The notes: a model not told the origin generated them from the letters alone. A DNA stretch of 43,686 nucleotides from Verrucomicrobiota bacterium (GCA_008933055.1 WBXK01000003.1:1-43686), one strand, 5' to 3'; counted from the first letter of the stretch, positions 9,106 through 19,946 are shown. Program-made: numbers and translations.

Positions 9106-10566
9106 ATGCAAACATCACATTTGAAAACAATCGCCCCTGTCCTGATCGCACTGACTTCACTCGCCAGTCTCGATGCCACCGCCGAACCCGCGCTTACTAT
9201 TTACAACCAGGGCTTCGCCGTCGTGCGCGACGCCGTGCCGCTCGATCTTAAATCCGGTGTCAACGAAGTCAGATTTGCCAACGCCACTGCGCATCTGGAA
9301 CCGGACTCAGTCATCCTTCGCGACCCGTCGGGCACGCGCACCTTGCAAATCCTCGAACAGAATTACCGCAATGATCAGGTGTCACAGGCGTTGCTGCTCT
9401 CGCTCAACGAAGGTAAAACTATTGATTTTCAGAACGAACGCATGAAGGACAACACCATCGCACGTGAAATCATCCCAGGCAAAATCATACGTAGCGGTTA
9501 CGTGACCCGCGGCAGCGAAACACAACCGATCATTGAAGTTAACGGTAAGTTGCAATTCACCCTGCCCGGCGAACCACTATTTCCTAGCCTCGGCGATAAC
9601 ACCATTCTTCAACCCACATTGAACTGGATCTTGCGCGCCGACAAACCCGGTAAACTCAAAGCCGAAGTCAGCTACGTCACTGAAGGGTTCACGTGGAAAT
9701 CGGACTACAACCTCGTCGCGCCGGCAAAAGGCGACACCGTTGATCTCATAGGTTGGATTACGATGGATAATCAGAGCGGTAAAACCTTTGAGAACGCCAA
9801 GATCAAATTGATGGCGGGTGATGTGAGTAAGATTCAACCTCAACGAAACCGTAATGAAATGAGAATGTACGCCGCCAAAGCGATGGTTGCCGACGAGATA
9901 CAATCGACCGTCTCAGAAAAATCCTTCGATGAATTCCATCTCTACACCTTGGCGCGAGCCACTACACTGCGCGACCGCGAAACGAAACAAGTCGAGTTCG
10001 CCCGAGCAGAGTCTGTGAAAGCTCCCGCCGTTTACATCTACGACGGCGCGGAAGGTTCCGGCTTCTACGGCGGACGCAACAACGACCCCGGCTACGGCAC
10101 ACAATCCAACAAGAAAGTCTGGGTCTATCGCGAATTTGTGAACTCGGACACGAACAAACTTGGCATCGCCTTACCCAAAGGCAAACTGCGCTTCTATAGG
10201 CGCGGCGACGACGGACAGTTGGAGTTCACCGGCGAGAACGAGATTGATCACACCCCGCGCAACGAAACCATCCGGGTCAAGACCGGCAACTCCTTCGACC
10301 TTGTCGGCGAACGAAAACCCACCGACTTCAAGACCGACCAATCTGACAAATGGATGACCGAAACTTTTGAGATCAAACTACGCAACTATAAGAAAGAAGC
10401 CGTGGAGATCCGCGTGGCCGAACACCTCTATCGCTGGAAAAACTGGAACATCACCGCGAAGTCTGATGAATTCAAAAAGACCGACGGCCAAACAATCGAG
10501 TTCCGCGTACCGGTGAAGCCCGATAAAGAAAAGACGATCACCTACACCGTGCATTATTCTTGGTGA
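9106..10566 (+). CDS. secreted DUF4139-family protein
   Basis: Signal peptide followed by LTIYNQGFAVVRD, W.SDYNL, ITMDNQSGKTF.NAKIKLMAGDV and ETKQVEF. ATG 9106 is preferred over 9076. Confidence 0.85.
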   Translation: MQTSHLKTIAPVLIALTSLASLDATAEPALTIYNQGFAVVRDAVPLDLKSGVNEVRFANATAHLEPDSVILRDPSGTRTLQILEQNYRNDQVSQALLLSLNEGKTIDFQNERMKDNTIAREIIPGKIIRSGYVTRGSETQPIIEVNGKLQFTLPGEPLFPSLGDNTILQPTLNWILRADKPGKLKAEVSYVTEGFTWKSDYNLVAPAKGDTVDLIGWITMDNQSGKTFENAKIKLMAGDVSKIQPQRNRNEMRMYAAKAMVADEIQSTVSEKSFDEFHLYTLARATTLRDRETKQVEFARAESVKAPAVYIYDGAEGSGFYGGRNNDPGYGTQSNKKVWVYREFVNSDTNKLGIALPKGKLRFYRRGDDGQLEFTGENEIDHTPRNETIRVKTGNSFDLVGERKPTDFKTDQSDKWMTETFEIKLRNYKKEAVEIRVAEHLYRWKNWNITAKSDEFKKTDGQTIEFRVPVKPDKEKTITYTVHYSW

Positions 10567-10598
10567 CAGGAGCATCGAGCATTGCTCGACCTGACAAT

Positions 10599-10634
10599 GA
10601 AAAAGGGCGGGCTATTAAGCCCGCTCTTTCGTTT
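10599..10634. terminator. probably bidirectional terminator between DUF4139 and smc
   Basis: aaaa-gggcgggct-atta-agcccgctc-tttc between convergent genes. Confidence 0.75.
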
Positions 10635-10657
10635 GTAATGATTCGCTGCAATCAAAC

Positions 10658-13600
10658 CTATACTGACGGCTGTGTCCCAGTCACATTAGCAGTGGCAACC
10701 TGAGCCAAGATAGCAATGTCCATCGTTTCCTCCCGCCGATGCGGAGCGTCTTCCTCCTTGTCCACCGGATTGGGCATTGGTGTTTCGAGGCTGCGCATCG
10801 GCGTCGTTCCCGTTTCCGTCACCGGCTGATCGGCAACCTTGTGGAACTTCACGCTCACAATCTTGCTTACGCCGTGTTCTTCCATCGTCACGCCATAAAG
10901 CACGTCGGCCATGCCGATGGTGCGCTTGTTGTGGGTAATAATGATGAACTGCGAGTGATTGATGAACCGTTGCAACACGCGGATGAAACGGTTGATGTTC
11001 GATTCGTCCAGAGGCGCGTCCAATTCGTCCAGAACGCAAAACGGACTCGGCTTCACCTGGTAGATCGAAAACAGCAGCGAAACCGCCGTCATCGTCTGTT
11101 CACCGCCGGACAACAGCGTGATAGTCTGCAGCTGCTTGCCCGGAGGCTTCGCCACAATCTCAATGCCGGATTCGAGCACGTCGTTTTCATCCGTCAAAAT
11201 CAAATCCGCTTTGCCGCCGCCGAAGACTTCGGTGAACATCAGCCGGAAGTTGTCGCGAATCTGCGTAAACGTCGCCAGGAACATCTCCTTTGTCTGCGTG
11301 TTGATGCGATTGATGACTTCGAGCAACTGCGCCTTGGCCGAAACCAGGTCGTCGTGCTGCGTGGTGAGAAATTGATGACGTTGCTCGGTCTCTTCGTATT
11401 CCTCGATGGCCACAAGATTCACCGGTCCGAGATCATCCAGCTTTCGCTGCAACTCTTCTACCTGTTTTGCCACAGCGTCCCAATCCGTGCCCGCGCCGCT
11501 ATGCGCCATCTGCTCGGGCGTGAGCGTTTCCACCATAGCGGGTCCTTCGTCCGCGTAGGTAATGGTGATGCACTCGCTGCGGATGTCGTCGAGATTGAGA
11601 TGATACTTCTGCTGGGTGCGCTCACGGAGATTCTGAGCGGTCATGTTTTTCTGCGCCAATTCGATCTCAATCGTGCCGCGTGATTCCTGCAGCTGCGTCA
11701 ACCGCCGCCGTTGCTCGCGCAGCGTTTCGTCGCGCGTATGCACCTCTGCCTCCTGCGTCCGCTTCTGCTCATACAACTCCGACGCCTGGGCATTTACTTG
11801 TTCGCGGTCGTGGGCGAGGTGGGAGATCTTGGCCTGCGATTCCGCAATCTCCGATTCCGCCTGCGCCTTGCGCGCGATGAATGAAGCAATCTCGCCCTTA
11901 CGCTGCTCAATGACTTGCCCAAGTTCGCGCACGCGTTGTTCAAGCGATTGCACCTGTTGCCGGAAGGAGGCCGACATCTGCTCCTCGGTCGCCAGCGAAA
12001 CCTTGCTTTCGGTCAACGTCGCCGTCGCGGTGTCTCGATGGTGGCGCGCGGCCTCAAGTCCACCTGTGAGTGTGGCGAGCGTTTCCTGCGTCGCATGCTC
12101 CTTGGTGGCGAGGATTGTGGCGCGCTCGATGAGTTGCGAGCGTTTGTCGTTTCCTTCCTTTTCCTGCTCCGCCAAACTCGTGACTTCGTAAACGACCGTC
12201 TCAATCTTTTGACGCAGCAAACGATTGGAGTTTTGCAGCGCATTGAACTCTCCTTCGCGCGTCGCGATGGCGACCTCTTGCTGGCGCAATTCGGTCTGCG
12301 CTTCCTGTAAACTCGCCTGCAATTCGGTCTGTTCGCTCAAAAGCGCACCCCGCTTGCGGCTCGCTTCAGCAACTTTCTCCTGCAATTCAGCAACACTTGT
12401 CTCCAGTTCGGCAATCTGATTCTTACGACCGAGAATCGAAGACGGCGCTTTGCTGTTGCCGTTTCCGTTGAGATAACCGCCAGTGTAAATGCCGTGACGA
12501 TTCAGCAAATCCCCACCAATCGTCACGAAGTCGCAGCCCGCGTGACCGTTCTGGATCTGCGCCGTCGCCGTGGAAAGATTCCCCGCGATGAACGTGCGAC
12601 CGAGCAATGACTTCAATAGATTTTCCACCGAGGGATCAGTCCGCACGACGCTCAACGCATGAACAATCTCGCCTTCGCCCAGAGTCTCCTCCGACAACGC
12701 CCCGGCAGCCGGCGACATTTCGCCAGTGAAGGAGAGCTGGCTCTCATCGGTATGTTTGATGGACAAAGCCGCAACACTAGCGCGGCCCGCCTTGGTGTTC
12801 GCGAGATCGGAAAGAATCTGCTGCGCCGCCTCAGGTTGCTCGGTGAGCACGAGCTGGAGGTTATGACCGAGCGCGTTCTCGATCGCGATGACGTATTGAT
12901 CCGGCACGCGGATTCGATCTGCTAGCGAACCAATGACTGACTGCGACTTGCGCAACGCCGCCACCGCTCCCGCGCTGAAACCTTCATGCGAACCTTGAAG
13001 TTGTTCTAGAACGTTGAGCCGGGAACGCTTTTCCGCCTGTTGCTGCAAAAGCTTATCCTGCTCCGCGCTGGATTGTTGCATCTCCACCTGCAATTCCTTT
13101 AAACGCGCTTGACGTTGCTCGACCGAGCCGCGCGTGCTGGCCACGCTGAGCTTGTCCGTCTCAACATTGGCCGCGAACATCTCCAACCTCGCTTCAAGAC
13201 TGACGCGCTCCTCTTCGAGCTGAATCTTCTCGGTAGAAAGTTTTTCAAGCCGAACCACATTGCCCTGTTTCTGCAGATCGAGAGCGTTGATTTGGTTGCG
13301 GACGCGAGTCAAATCCTGTGCCGCAGCAAACGCCTCGGACTGCGCTTGGCGCAATTGTTCCTGCCCTTCGCGAATCTCCTGCTCCACCTGCTGCAACGCG
13401 GCCTGACGAACCTTCAATTCCTCGCGATGCGTGGCGAGTGTTGCTTCAGAAACCGCCATGCGCTCTTTCACAGAGGCGAGTTCGTTCTCGGCAAAACCGC
13501 GACGATTCTCCGCCTCAGAGATATCCAACATCGCCTTCGTGTTTTGCGAGGCGAATTCCGCGAGGCGCTCTTCATTGAACTGCACGCGGCTCTCGTGGCG

Positions 13601-14512
13601 ATCGATCTCGCTCTTGAGTTCCTGACCGCGCTGCTGGGCAACGCCGATCTCATGCTCGAGCTCGGACAGACGTTCGCGCAATTGACCTATCTCGTCTTCA
13701 AAGCGCAGCACATCCGCCGAACCAGTTTCAATCTCGCTACGAAGATTTTCCACCGTGGCTTGACGATCTCGAATCTCACCGAGCAATACGTCGAGTTGAT
13801 GCCGTGCGAGTTGCGTATCGAGATGTTGCAGTTCGATCTGGATTTGTTTGAAGCGCCGCGCCTTGCCGGCCTGCCGTTGCAGCGAACCGATCTGACGTTT
13901 CACTTCCTTGATCAAATCCTGAACGCGCAATAAATTTTGCTCCGTGGCTTCGAGCTTGCGAAGTGACTCGCGCTTTTGCGATTTGAACTTCGTGATCCCA
14001 GCGGCTTCTTCAAAAATCGTACGGCGATCTTCCGGCTTGGTGGAAAGGATCGCCGTGATATTGCCTTGGGCCATGATCGAATAACTCGTCTTACCCATGC
14101 CCGTGCCCATGAAAAGTTGCTGCACGTCTTTTAACCGGCACGGCGTACGGTTGATGAAGTATTCACTACCGCCGTCGCGGAAGACACGACGCGTGAGCGT
14201 GACTTCGTTGTAGGAAAGCTCAATGCCCGCCGCACGTAATTGTTCCTGATCCACTTCGCCGATAGTGAGCGAAACTTCCGCCATGCCGACAGGCTTGCGT
14301 CCGTCCGTGCCGTTGAAGATCACGTCGGCCATTTCGCCACCGCGCAGAGCCTTGGCCGATTGCTCGCCGAGCACCCACCGGATTGCATCGGAGACATTCG
14401 ATTTACCGCAACCGTTCGGCCCAACAATCGCCGTGACACCGGGCTGAAAATTCAAGGAGGTCTTGTCCGCGAAGGACTTGAAACCCAGAATTGTTAAATT
14501 CTTGAGATACAT
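10658..14512 (-). CDS. smc: chromosome segregation protein SMC
   Basis: MYLK..ILGFKSF start at 14512, Walker A GPNGCGKSN, coiled coils and hinge, LSGGE signature, Walker B LDELDAPLD. Confidence 0.96.
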   Translation of the reverse strand: MYLKNLTILGFKSFADKTSLNFQPGVTAIVGPNGCGKSNVSDAIRWVLGEQSAKALRGGEMADVIFNGTDGRKPVGMAEVSLTIGEVDQEQLRAAGIELSYNEVTLTRRVFRDGGSEYFINRTPCRLKDVQQLFMGTGMGKTSYSIMAQGNITAILSTKPEDRRTIFEEAAGITKFKSQKRESLRKLEATEQNLLRVQDLIKEVKRQIGSLQRQAGKARRFKQIQIELQHLDTQLARHQLDVLLGEIRDRQATVENLRSEIETGSADVLRFEDEIGQLRERLSELEHEIGVAQQRGQELKSEIDRHESRVQFNEERLAEFASQNTKAMLDISEAENRRGFAENELASVKERMAVSEATLATHREELKVRQAALQQVEQEIREGQEQLRQAQSEAFAAAQDLTRVRNQINALDLQKQGNVVRLEKLSTEKIQLEEERVSLEARLEMFAANVETDKLSVASTRGSVEQRQARLKELQVEMQQSSAEQDKLLQQQAEKRSRLNVLEQLQGSHEGFSAGAVAALRKSQSVIGSLADRIRVPDQYVIAIENALGHNLQLVLTEQPEAAQQILSDLANTKAGRASVAALSIKHTDESQLSFTGEMSPAAGALSEETLGEGEIVHALSVVRTDPSVENLLKSLLGRTFIAGNLSTATAQIQNGHAGCDFVTIGGDLLNRHGIYTGGYLNGNGNSKAPSSILGRKNQIAELETSVAELQEKVAEASRKRGALLSEQTELQASLQEAQTELRQQEVAIATREGEFNALQNSNRLLRQKIETVVYEVTSLAEQEKEGNDKRSQLIERATILATKEHATQETLATLTGGLEAARHHRDTATATLTESKVSLATEEQMSASFRQQVQSLEQRVRELGQVIEQRKGEIASFIARKAQAESEIAESQAKISHLAHDREQVNAQASELYEQKRTQEAEVHTRDETLREQRRRLTQLQESRGTIEIELAQKNMTAQNLRERTQQKYHLNLDDIRSECITITYADEGPAMVETLTPEQMAHSGAGTDWDAVAKQVEELQRKLDDLGPVNLVAIEEYEETEQRHQFLTTQHDDLVSAKAQLLEVINRINTQTKEMFLATFTQIRDNFRLMFTEVFGGGKADLILTDENDVLESGIEIVAKPPGKQLQTITLLSGGEQTMTAVSLLFSIYQVKPSPFCVLDELDAPLDESNINRFIRVLQRFINHSQFIIITHNKRTIGMADVLYGVTMEEHGVSKIVSVKFHKVADQPVTETGTTPMRSLETPMPNPVDKEEDAPHRREETMDIAILAQVATANVTGTQPSV

Positions 14513-14564
14513 ATTGTATGAGGTTTTAACGAAACCAAACTGGTTGTGCCCTGTAAAGCGAAAA

Positions 14565-14611
14565 CCACACGCTATTGTGGCCACGCCCACCGACTGCACA
14601 ACTAATTGGTG
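14565..14611. promoter_or_regulatory. tandem NrdR-box-like sites upstream of smc
   Basis: ccacacgctattgtgg (14565-14580) and gcacaactaattggtg (14596-14611), offset by 31 bp. Confidence 0.45.
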
Positions 14612-14791
14612 AGGAGCCGAGATTGGGCGTCGTGCGATTGGGCTATTACTTCCCTACTTTTCCCACAACTTTGCCGACGAAAACCGTTTTACGCCTGTGC
14701 GTCGGATCCCGCAATAGTTTTGTTGAAAAATCCTCAACTAGTTCTGCGGATGCTGTTATCTTGAGGCCACAGACGCGCTGAACCGACTCAC

Positions 14792-15073
14792 ATGAAAGTA
14801 AATCCAAACAACGAAGTGCCGTTCACAGTACCGCGACCGAGCAAAGCGACACCGCCCGAGCGCTCAAGCGACAACGGCACGCCAAACTTCGTCGCGAAGA
14901 ACAATCTCGCTCAACAACTCGCGTCTACACTCGACGTTCGCGCTGATGAAGTTGTCCGCGCCAAGACGCTCATTGCTGATGCGGATTATCCCGACGACAA
15001 AACCATCCGCGCCGTGGCTCAACAGATTGCAGATATGATTCAACCACCTTTGGATGTGGGCAACCAAGTTTAA
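14792..15073 (+). CDS. FlgM-like small protein (possible anti-sigma factor)
   Basis: 93 aa, disordered-looking N-terminal half, C-terminal DVRADEVVRAKTLIADADY...VAQQI resembling the FlgM C-terminal helices. Confidence 0.55.
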   Translation: MKVNPNNEVPFTVPRPSKATPPERSSDNGTPNFVAKNNLAQQLASTLDVRADEVVRAKTLIADADYPDDKTIRAVAQQIADMIQPPLDVGNQV

Positions 15074-15154
15074 ACGCCCACACCTGCTTCCGAAACGCAG
15101 TGAATTCTTGACGGCGCACAAAGCCAGCAACACGCTTACGGAGGTTATCACAGC

Positions 15155-16786
15155 ATGAAGATATTTTTGTCCTTGGTTGCAGTGCTGATCAGCATCTGCA
15201 ACTCCTTCGCGGTAAATCCCGGAGATGAGGTCGTGGTCATCTATAATTCGCGCCTAGCTGAGTCCAAAGCGCTGGCAGAGTTTTATGCGCGCAAACGCAA
15301 AGTGCCCCTGCAACAAGTCTTCGGCCTCAACATCACTAACGGCGAGGAGATGTCGCGGGAAGAATTTCGCAATGAATTGCAACGTCCGCTCGCGAAAAAG
15401 CTCGAAGAACTCAACCTCTGGCGCACAGGACGCGGCGAACTCCCCGGAACGAACGGCACGCGCTTAAGCGTCATACGCAAGGTCATTGAGTCCAAGATCC
15501 GTTACGCTGTTCTCTGTTATGGCGTGCCACTTAAAATCCGGAAAGACACCACAATTACTGAAGTTGATGAAGCCACGATGCGGCCGGAGCTACGTCGCAA
15601 CGAGGCCGCCGTGGACAGCGAGCTCGCGTGCCTGCCCTTGACTTATTCGGGCTACAGGCTTGCTGGGCCACTTCTGAACAATCTTTACAGCACGACGAAT
15701 GCGAGTTTGTTGCATCCGACGAATGGCATATTGATCATCGCACGGCTCGACGGGCCGACGCCTGCAATCGCTCGCGGACTCGTTGAGAAAGCGTTGCAAG
15801 CCGAGGCCGAAGGTTTTTGGGGACGCGCCTACTTTGATCTCCGCAACATCGCTGATCCAAACTACAAGGTCGGTGACGAATGGATCCGCAACGCATCGCA
15901 AGTCGCCCAACTCGTCGGATTCGATACGGTCGTGGATGAAAATGCCGATACTTTTCCTGCAAGTTTTCCGCTGAGCCAAGTGGCGATCTACATGGGATGG
16001 TATCGCGAAAATGTGAGCGGACCGTTCCTGCTGCCGAAGGTCGAGTTTATGCCTGGCTCATTCGCGTATCACCTGCACTCGTTCAGTGCATCGTCGCTTC
16101 GTGTCACGAATCACAACTGGGCCGGTCCGCTTCTCGCCAAAGGCGTCACTTGCACCATGGGCACAGTGGACGAACCCTATCTCACCGGCACGCCGGATGT
16201 CGGTGCGTTCGCCGGACGCTGGATGTATTTTGGATTTACGTTCGGCGAGGCAGCGTGCGCGTCTCAGGCAATGCTTTCCTGGCAAACGACCGTCGTTGGG
16301 GATCCGCTCTATCGTCCATTCGGAAAAAACGCACAAGAAGTTCACCAATCACTCATCGCGAGTAAAAGCAGGTTGCTGGAATGGTCCACAATTCGCCTCG
16401 GCAATCTCAGTCGCAACCAAGGCATGAGCGCGGCGGAACTTGCCGCTATCATTGAAGACATGCCACTGACGAAGGAAAGTGCGGTCTTGACGGAAAAACT
16501 CGCCGATCTTTACGTCGCCCAAGGCAAGCCCGCTTCGGCCATTGCGGCGTACGAACGCACACTCACGCTTGATCCCACGCCGCAACAACGCATCCGACTC
16601 CGCCTGACTCTTGGAGAGAAATACGTTACCGCAAAGAACGACGAGCTAGCGCGCAAGAGTTACGAGAAGCTACTCGAAGAAAATCCTGATTACACTGACG
16701 CCATAGTCATGCGCAAAAAAATTAACACGCTTACGCCGATGCCGCTGATTAATAAAGACTCGAATGACCGCGGCGAGAAACATTGA
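15155..16786 (+). CDS. TIGR03790-family exported protein with C-terminal TPR
   Basis: Signal peptide; motifs VVVIYN...S..LAEFYA..R.VP, YGVPLKI, AAVDSEL, ARLDGP, YHLHSFSA, GTVDEPYL and VVGDPLYRPF; TPR-like helices at the end. Confidence 0.85.
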   Translation: MKIFLSLVAVLISICNSFAVNPGDEVVVIYNSRLAESKALAEFYARKRKVPLQQVFGLNITNGEEMSREEFRNELQRPLAKKLEELNLWRTGRGELPGTNGTRLSVIRKVIESKIRYAVLCYGVPLKIRKDTTITEVDEATMRPELRRNEAAVDSELACLPLTYSGYRLAGPLLNNLYSTTNASLLHPTNGILIIARLDGPTPAIARGLVEKALQAEAEGFWGRAYFDLRNIADPNYKVGDEWIRNASQVAQLVGFDTVVDENADTFPASFPLSQVAIYMGWYRENVSGPFLLPKVEFMPGSFAYHLHSFSASSLRVTNHNWAGPLLAKGVTCTMGTVDEPYLTGTPDVGAFAGRWMYFGFTFGEAACASQAMLSWQTTVVGDPLYRPFGKNAQEVHQSLIASKSRLLEWSTIRLGNLSRNQGMSAAELAAIIEDMPLTKESAVLTEKLADLYVAQGKPASAIAAYERTLTLDPTPQQRIRLRLTLGEKYVTAKNDELARKSYEKLLEENPDYTDAIVMRKKINTLTPMPLINKDSNDRGEKH

Positions 16787-16819
16787 GCCAACGGCCTCGC
16801 CAATATCATATTTATAGCA

Positions 16820-19800
16820 ATGTCGCTTGAACTCACTGAAGCACTATTGCAGAAAGCTGCCGGTTGGGATGTAGTGAAACGCGCCCGCGCCTATCTCCAG
16901 CTCGGGCAGGTGCTGAGTTCCTACTGGCAACCGCCCCTTCTACGCGGCGTAGTGCAGAACGACGCCGTCTCGTTCCGCGCATCGATGGTCATCAAGAACG
17001 AGATAGACATAGAAAACCTGTGCAATTGTCGCGACGCGCGCGAGTGGGGAAAGATTTGCGCGCACGGCGTGGCGGTGGCGTTGCATTGGATCGAGGCACA
17101 AAAGCCGAATGCAGCAATCGCCCCCGCTTTAGGTCACACGACCAGCAGCGTTCCGAAAGCCAAGCCGCCGAAGAATCGAGCCTTATCCCTCCAACGCAGT
17201 GCGACCGGCGAATCAGCCGAATTGTTCTTCATCCTCCCCCCGAACTTTGAGCAAGCCGTCTTTCGTGGGAAAGTCATGGTGGTGTTTGAAGCAAAATGGG
17301 GCGGCGGCCGTTGTCCGCTGAACGCATTGCCAAAAAACCGGGCATTCGCCTTCTCCGCGCAGGACAATGCAATAATTGAATGCATTGAAAGTTTTGCCGA
17401 GGGCGAAACTCCGGCTCTGCTACAATTGGACGCTAAAGACTTCGCCGTGTTGTTGCCGCTGCTGGCCGAACACGAAAACATAACGATTGGCAAAGACAGC
17501 AAAGTCACAGTGTCACGCTCGACGTTCAAACTGCCTCTAAGAGTGACGCTGGAGGGGAATGGCGAAATTGTTTTTGCGCTAAAAGAGAAAGTCGGAACGT
17601 TCTCATTTGTTGGCGATTGGGTTTGGCACAAACAGACCTTGCAACCGCTCGGTTTGCCTGCCGTCGCCCAGAGCGTTCTGCTAGCGCCAGTGCGGATACC
17701 GCGCTCGCAAGTGCCGATGTTCCTGAGCCAGCATTGGCCGCAACTCCAGGCTGCTGGTGGCGTGGATACGAATTTCAAGCTGGAAGATTTCACCCTTGAA
17801 CCGCAAGCGCCGCGCTTTGTGTTGTCGCTGCGCGGCGGGCTGGCGCAACTCGGCGCATTGCTCCAGTGCGCCTACGGCTCGCGCACCATGACCGTGGGAG
17901 TGACCGCATCCGACGAAGGCGTCTGGCTGCCCGACCCCGATGTGCCGACGCGCTACTCCACGCGCGACTTTAACGCCGAGCGTGCGGCGCTGGCGCGCTT
18001 GCAACGCAGCGGCTTCATCGGTCCGGACGGTCAGGGCAAGTTGCAACTCACCGGCCAGAGTGGCGTGTTGAATTTCTTTGCCCGCGAATTCCCAAAGTTA
18101 CGACGCGAGTGGAGCGTGACGCTCGACGAACAGTTGGAGAATCGCACGCTGAAGAACATCGAGCGCGTCGAGCCACAGTTTCAGATCACGTCATCCGGTG
18201 TGCAATGGTTTGATCTTGGCGTGGTGTTCGCATCAAGCGGCGGCGAAACTTTTTCGGCGGCGGACATCCAGCGACTGGTGCTGTCCGGCCAAAGGCACAC
18301 GCGCTTGAAGAACGGCAAGATGGCGGTGATTGATACTAGTGCGGTTGAAGAATTACAGGAAGTGCTGCTCGATTGCGCACCGCAACAGAACGCGCAGGGC
18401 TATCGTATCAACAGCAAGCAGGCAGGCTTTCTGGAAGCAACGTTGCGGCAGCACGGCGATTGGAAGATGCAAGCGCCCGCCGCTTGGCGCGATCGCGCGG
18501 CCAAGCAAAGCGGCGAGGCAAAACTAGAATGCCCCCCGCTCGGCGATCTGGAAGGCGTGCTGCGTCCTTATCAAAAGCAAGGCGTGGCGTGGCTGGGTTT
18601 TCTGCGCGAGAACCGCTTCGGTGGGATTCTCGCCGACGAAATGGGCTTGGGCAAAACGCTACAAGCATTGGCGTTCTTCAACTCCCTGGGCGAAACCAAA
18701 TCACAACCGCATCTCATCGTTTGCCCGACGAGCCTCGTGTTCAACTGGGTAGCGGAGGCGAAGAAGTTCACGCCCGGACTGAAGGCTTTGGCGTTGCAAG
18801 GGCCGGATCGTCATGCGTTGTTTGACCAAATCGCCACGAGCGACATCGTAGTGACGAGTTATGCGTTGATCCGACGCGATGCCGAAAAGTATCGCGAACT
18901 GGAGTTCGATACCGTGGTGCTCGACGAAGCGCAGCACATCAAAAATCGTCAGACACAGAACGCACAAGCCGTGAAATTGGTGCGAGCGCAACATCGGCTC
19001 GTGCTCACGGGCACGCCGCTGGAAAACTCCGTGCTCGATCTCTGGTCCATCTTCGACTTCCTAATGCCCGGGTATCTCGGCACGGCTCAGGATTTCCGCG
19101 AACGCTACGAGTTGCCCATCGCGAAAGAGAAGAATCTCGAAACGCAGAAGCGGCTCGCGCGGCGGCTGCGCCCGTTCATGTTGCGGCGTCTGAAGAAGGA
19201 CGTGGCGGCAGATTTGCCGGCGAAACTGGAACAGATTTCGTTCTGTGAACTGACGCCCGATCAGCGCAGCGTTTATCAACAAGTCATCCAAGCGAGCCGC
19301 AAGGAAGTGTTGGAGGCCGTCGGCGCGCAAGGCATCGCCAAAAGTCGCATGGTAGCTCTAACGGCGTTGTTGCGGTTGCGGCAAGTGTGCTGCGATCTGC
19401 GCCTGCTGAAGTTGGAGAACGTGAATCCCGCCAATGCCTCCGGCAAACTCGAGATGTTCGGTGAACTGCTAGAAGAAGCAATTGATGGCGGCCATCGCGT
19501 GCTCGTGTTCAGCCAGTTCGTTGGGATGCTGTCTTTGTTGAAAGAGCGACTCGAGCAGGAAGGCGTTGAGTATTGTTACCTCGACGGCTCAACCACCGAC
19601 CGTGCCGCAGTCGTGGAGAAATTCCAGTCCACGACAACAATCCCATTGTTCCTCATCAGCCTCAAAGCGGGCGGCGTCGGCCTAAACCTCACGGGCGCGG
19701 ACACGGTGGTTCATTTCGATCCGTGGTGGAATCCGGCGGTGGAAGATCAAGCCACGGATCGCGCGCACCGCATCGGTCAGACGAAGGTGGTGACCAGCTA

Positions 19801-19945
19801 CAAGCTGATTACCCGTGATACGGTGGAGGAGAAAATCTTGAGCCTCCAGAACCGCAAGCGCGAGATCATCCAGGCGACGATCGGAGGCGAGGAGGAGTTT
19901 GCCGCCTCGTTGAGCTGGGACGAAATCCAGGAACTGCTGGCGTGA
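16820..19945 (+). CDS. SWIM zinc finger / SNF2-family helicase
   Basis: CNC...CAH SWIM motif; LRPYQ, LADEMGLGKT, LDEAQ, LTGTPLEN, GGVGLNL and QATDRAHRIGQ. Confidence 0.93.
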   Translation: MSLELTEALLQKAAGWDVVKRARAYLQLGQVLSSYWQPPLLRGVVQNDAVSFRASMVIKNEIDIENLCNCRDAREWGKICAHGVAVALHWIEAQKPNAAIAPALGHTTSSVPKAKPPKNRALSLQRSATGESAELFFILPPNFEQAVFRGKVMVVFEAKWGGGRCPLNALPKNRAFAFSAQDNAIIECIESFAEGETPALLQLDAKDFAVLLPLLAEHENITIGKDSKVTVSRSTFKLPLRVTLEGNGEIVFALKEKVGTFSFVGDWVWHKQTLQPLGLPAVAQSVLLAPVRIPRSQVPMFLSQHWPQLQAAGGVDTNFKLEDFTLEPQAPRFVLSLRGGLAQLGALLQCAYGSRTMTVGVTASDEGVWLPDPDVPTRYSTRDFNAERAALARLQRSGFIGPDGQGKLQLTGQSGVLNFFAREFPKLRREWSVTLDEQLENRTLKNIERVEPQFQITSSGVQWFDLGVVFASSGGETFSAADIQRLVLSGQRHTRLKNGKMAVIDTSAVEELQEVLLDCAPQQNAQGYRINSKQAGFLEATLRQHGDWKMQAPAAWRDRAAKQSGEAKLECPPLGDLEGVLRPYQKQGVAWLGFLRENRFGGILADEMGLGKTLQALAFFNSLGETKSQPHLIVCPTSLVFNWVAEAKKFTPGLKALALQGPDRHALFDQIATSDIVVTSYALIRRDAEKYRELEFDTVVLDEAQHIKNRQTQNAQAVKLVRAQHRLVLTGTPLENSVLDLWSIFDFLMPGYLGTAQDFRERYELPIAKEKNLETQKRLARRLRPFMLRRLKKDVAADLPAKLEQISFCELTPDQRSVYQQVIQASRKEVLEAVGAQGIAKSRMVALTALLRLRQVCCDLRLLKLENVNPANASGKLEMFGELLEEAIDGGHRVLVFSQFVGMLSLLKERLEQEGVEYCYLDGSTTDRAAVVEKFQSTTTIPLFLISLKAGGVGLNLTGADTVVHFDPWWNPAVEDQATDRAHRIGQTKVVTSYKLITRDTVEEKILSLQNRKREIIQATIGGEEEFAASLSWDEIQELLA

Positions 19946-19946
19946 G

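Noticed and set aside
16820-19945. SNF2 helicase as part of an anti-phage system
   Set aside because: It has the common stand-alone SWIM-SNF2 architecture, with no methylase, nuclease or other defence genes adjacent.
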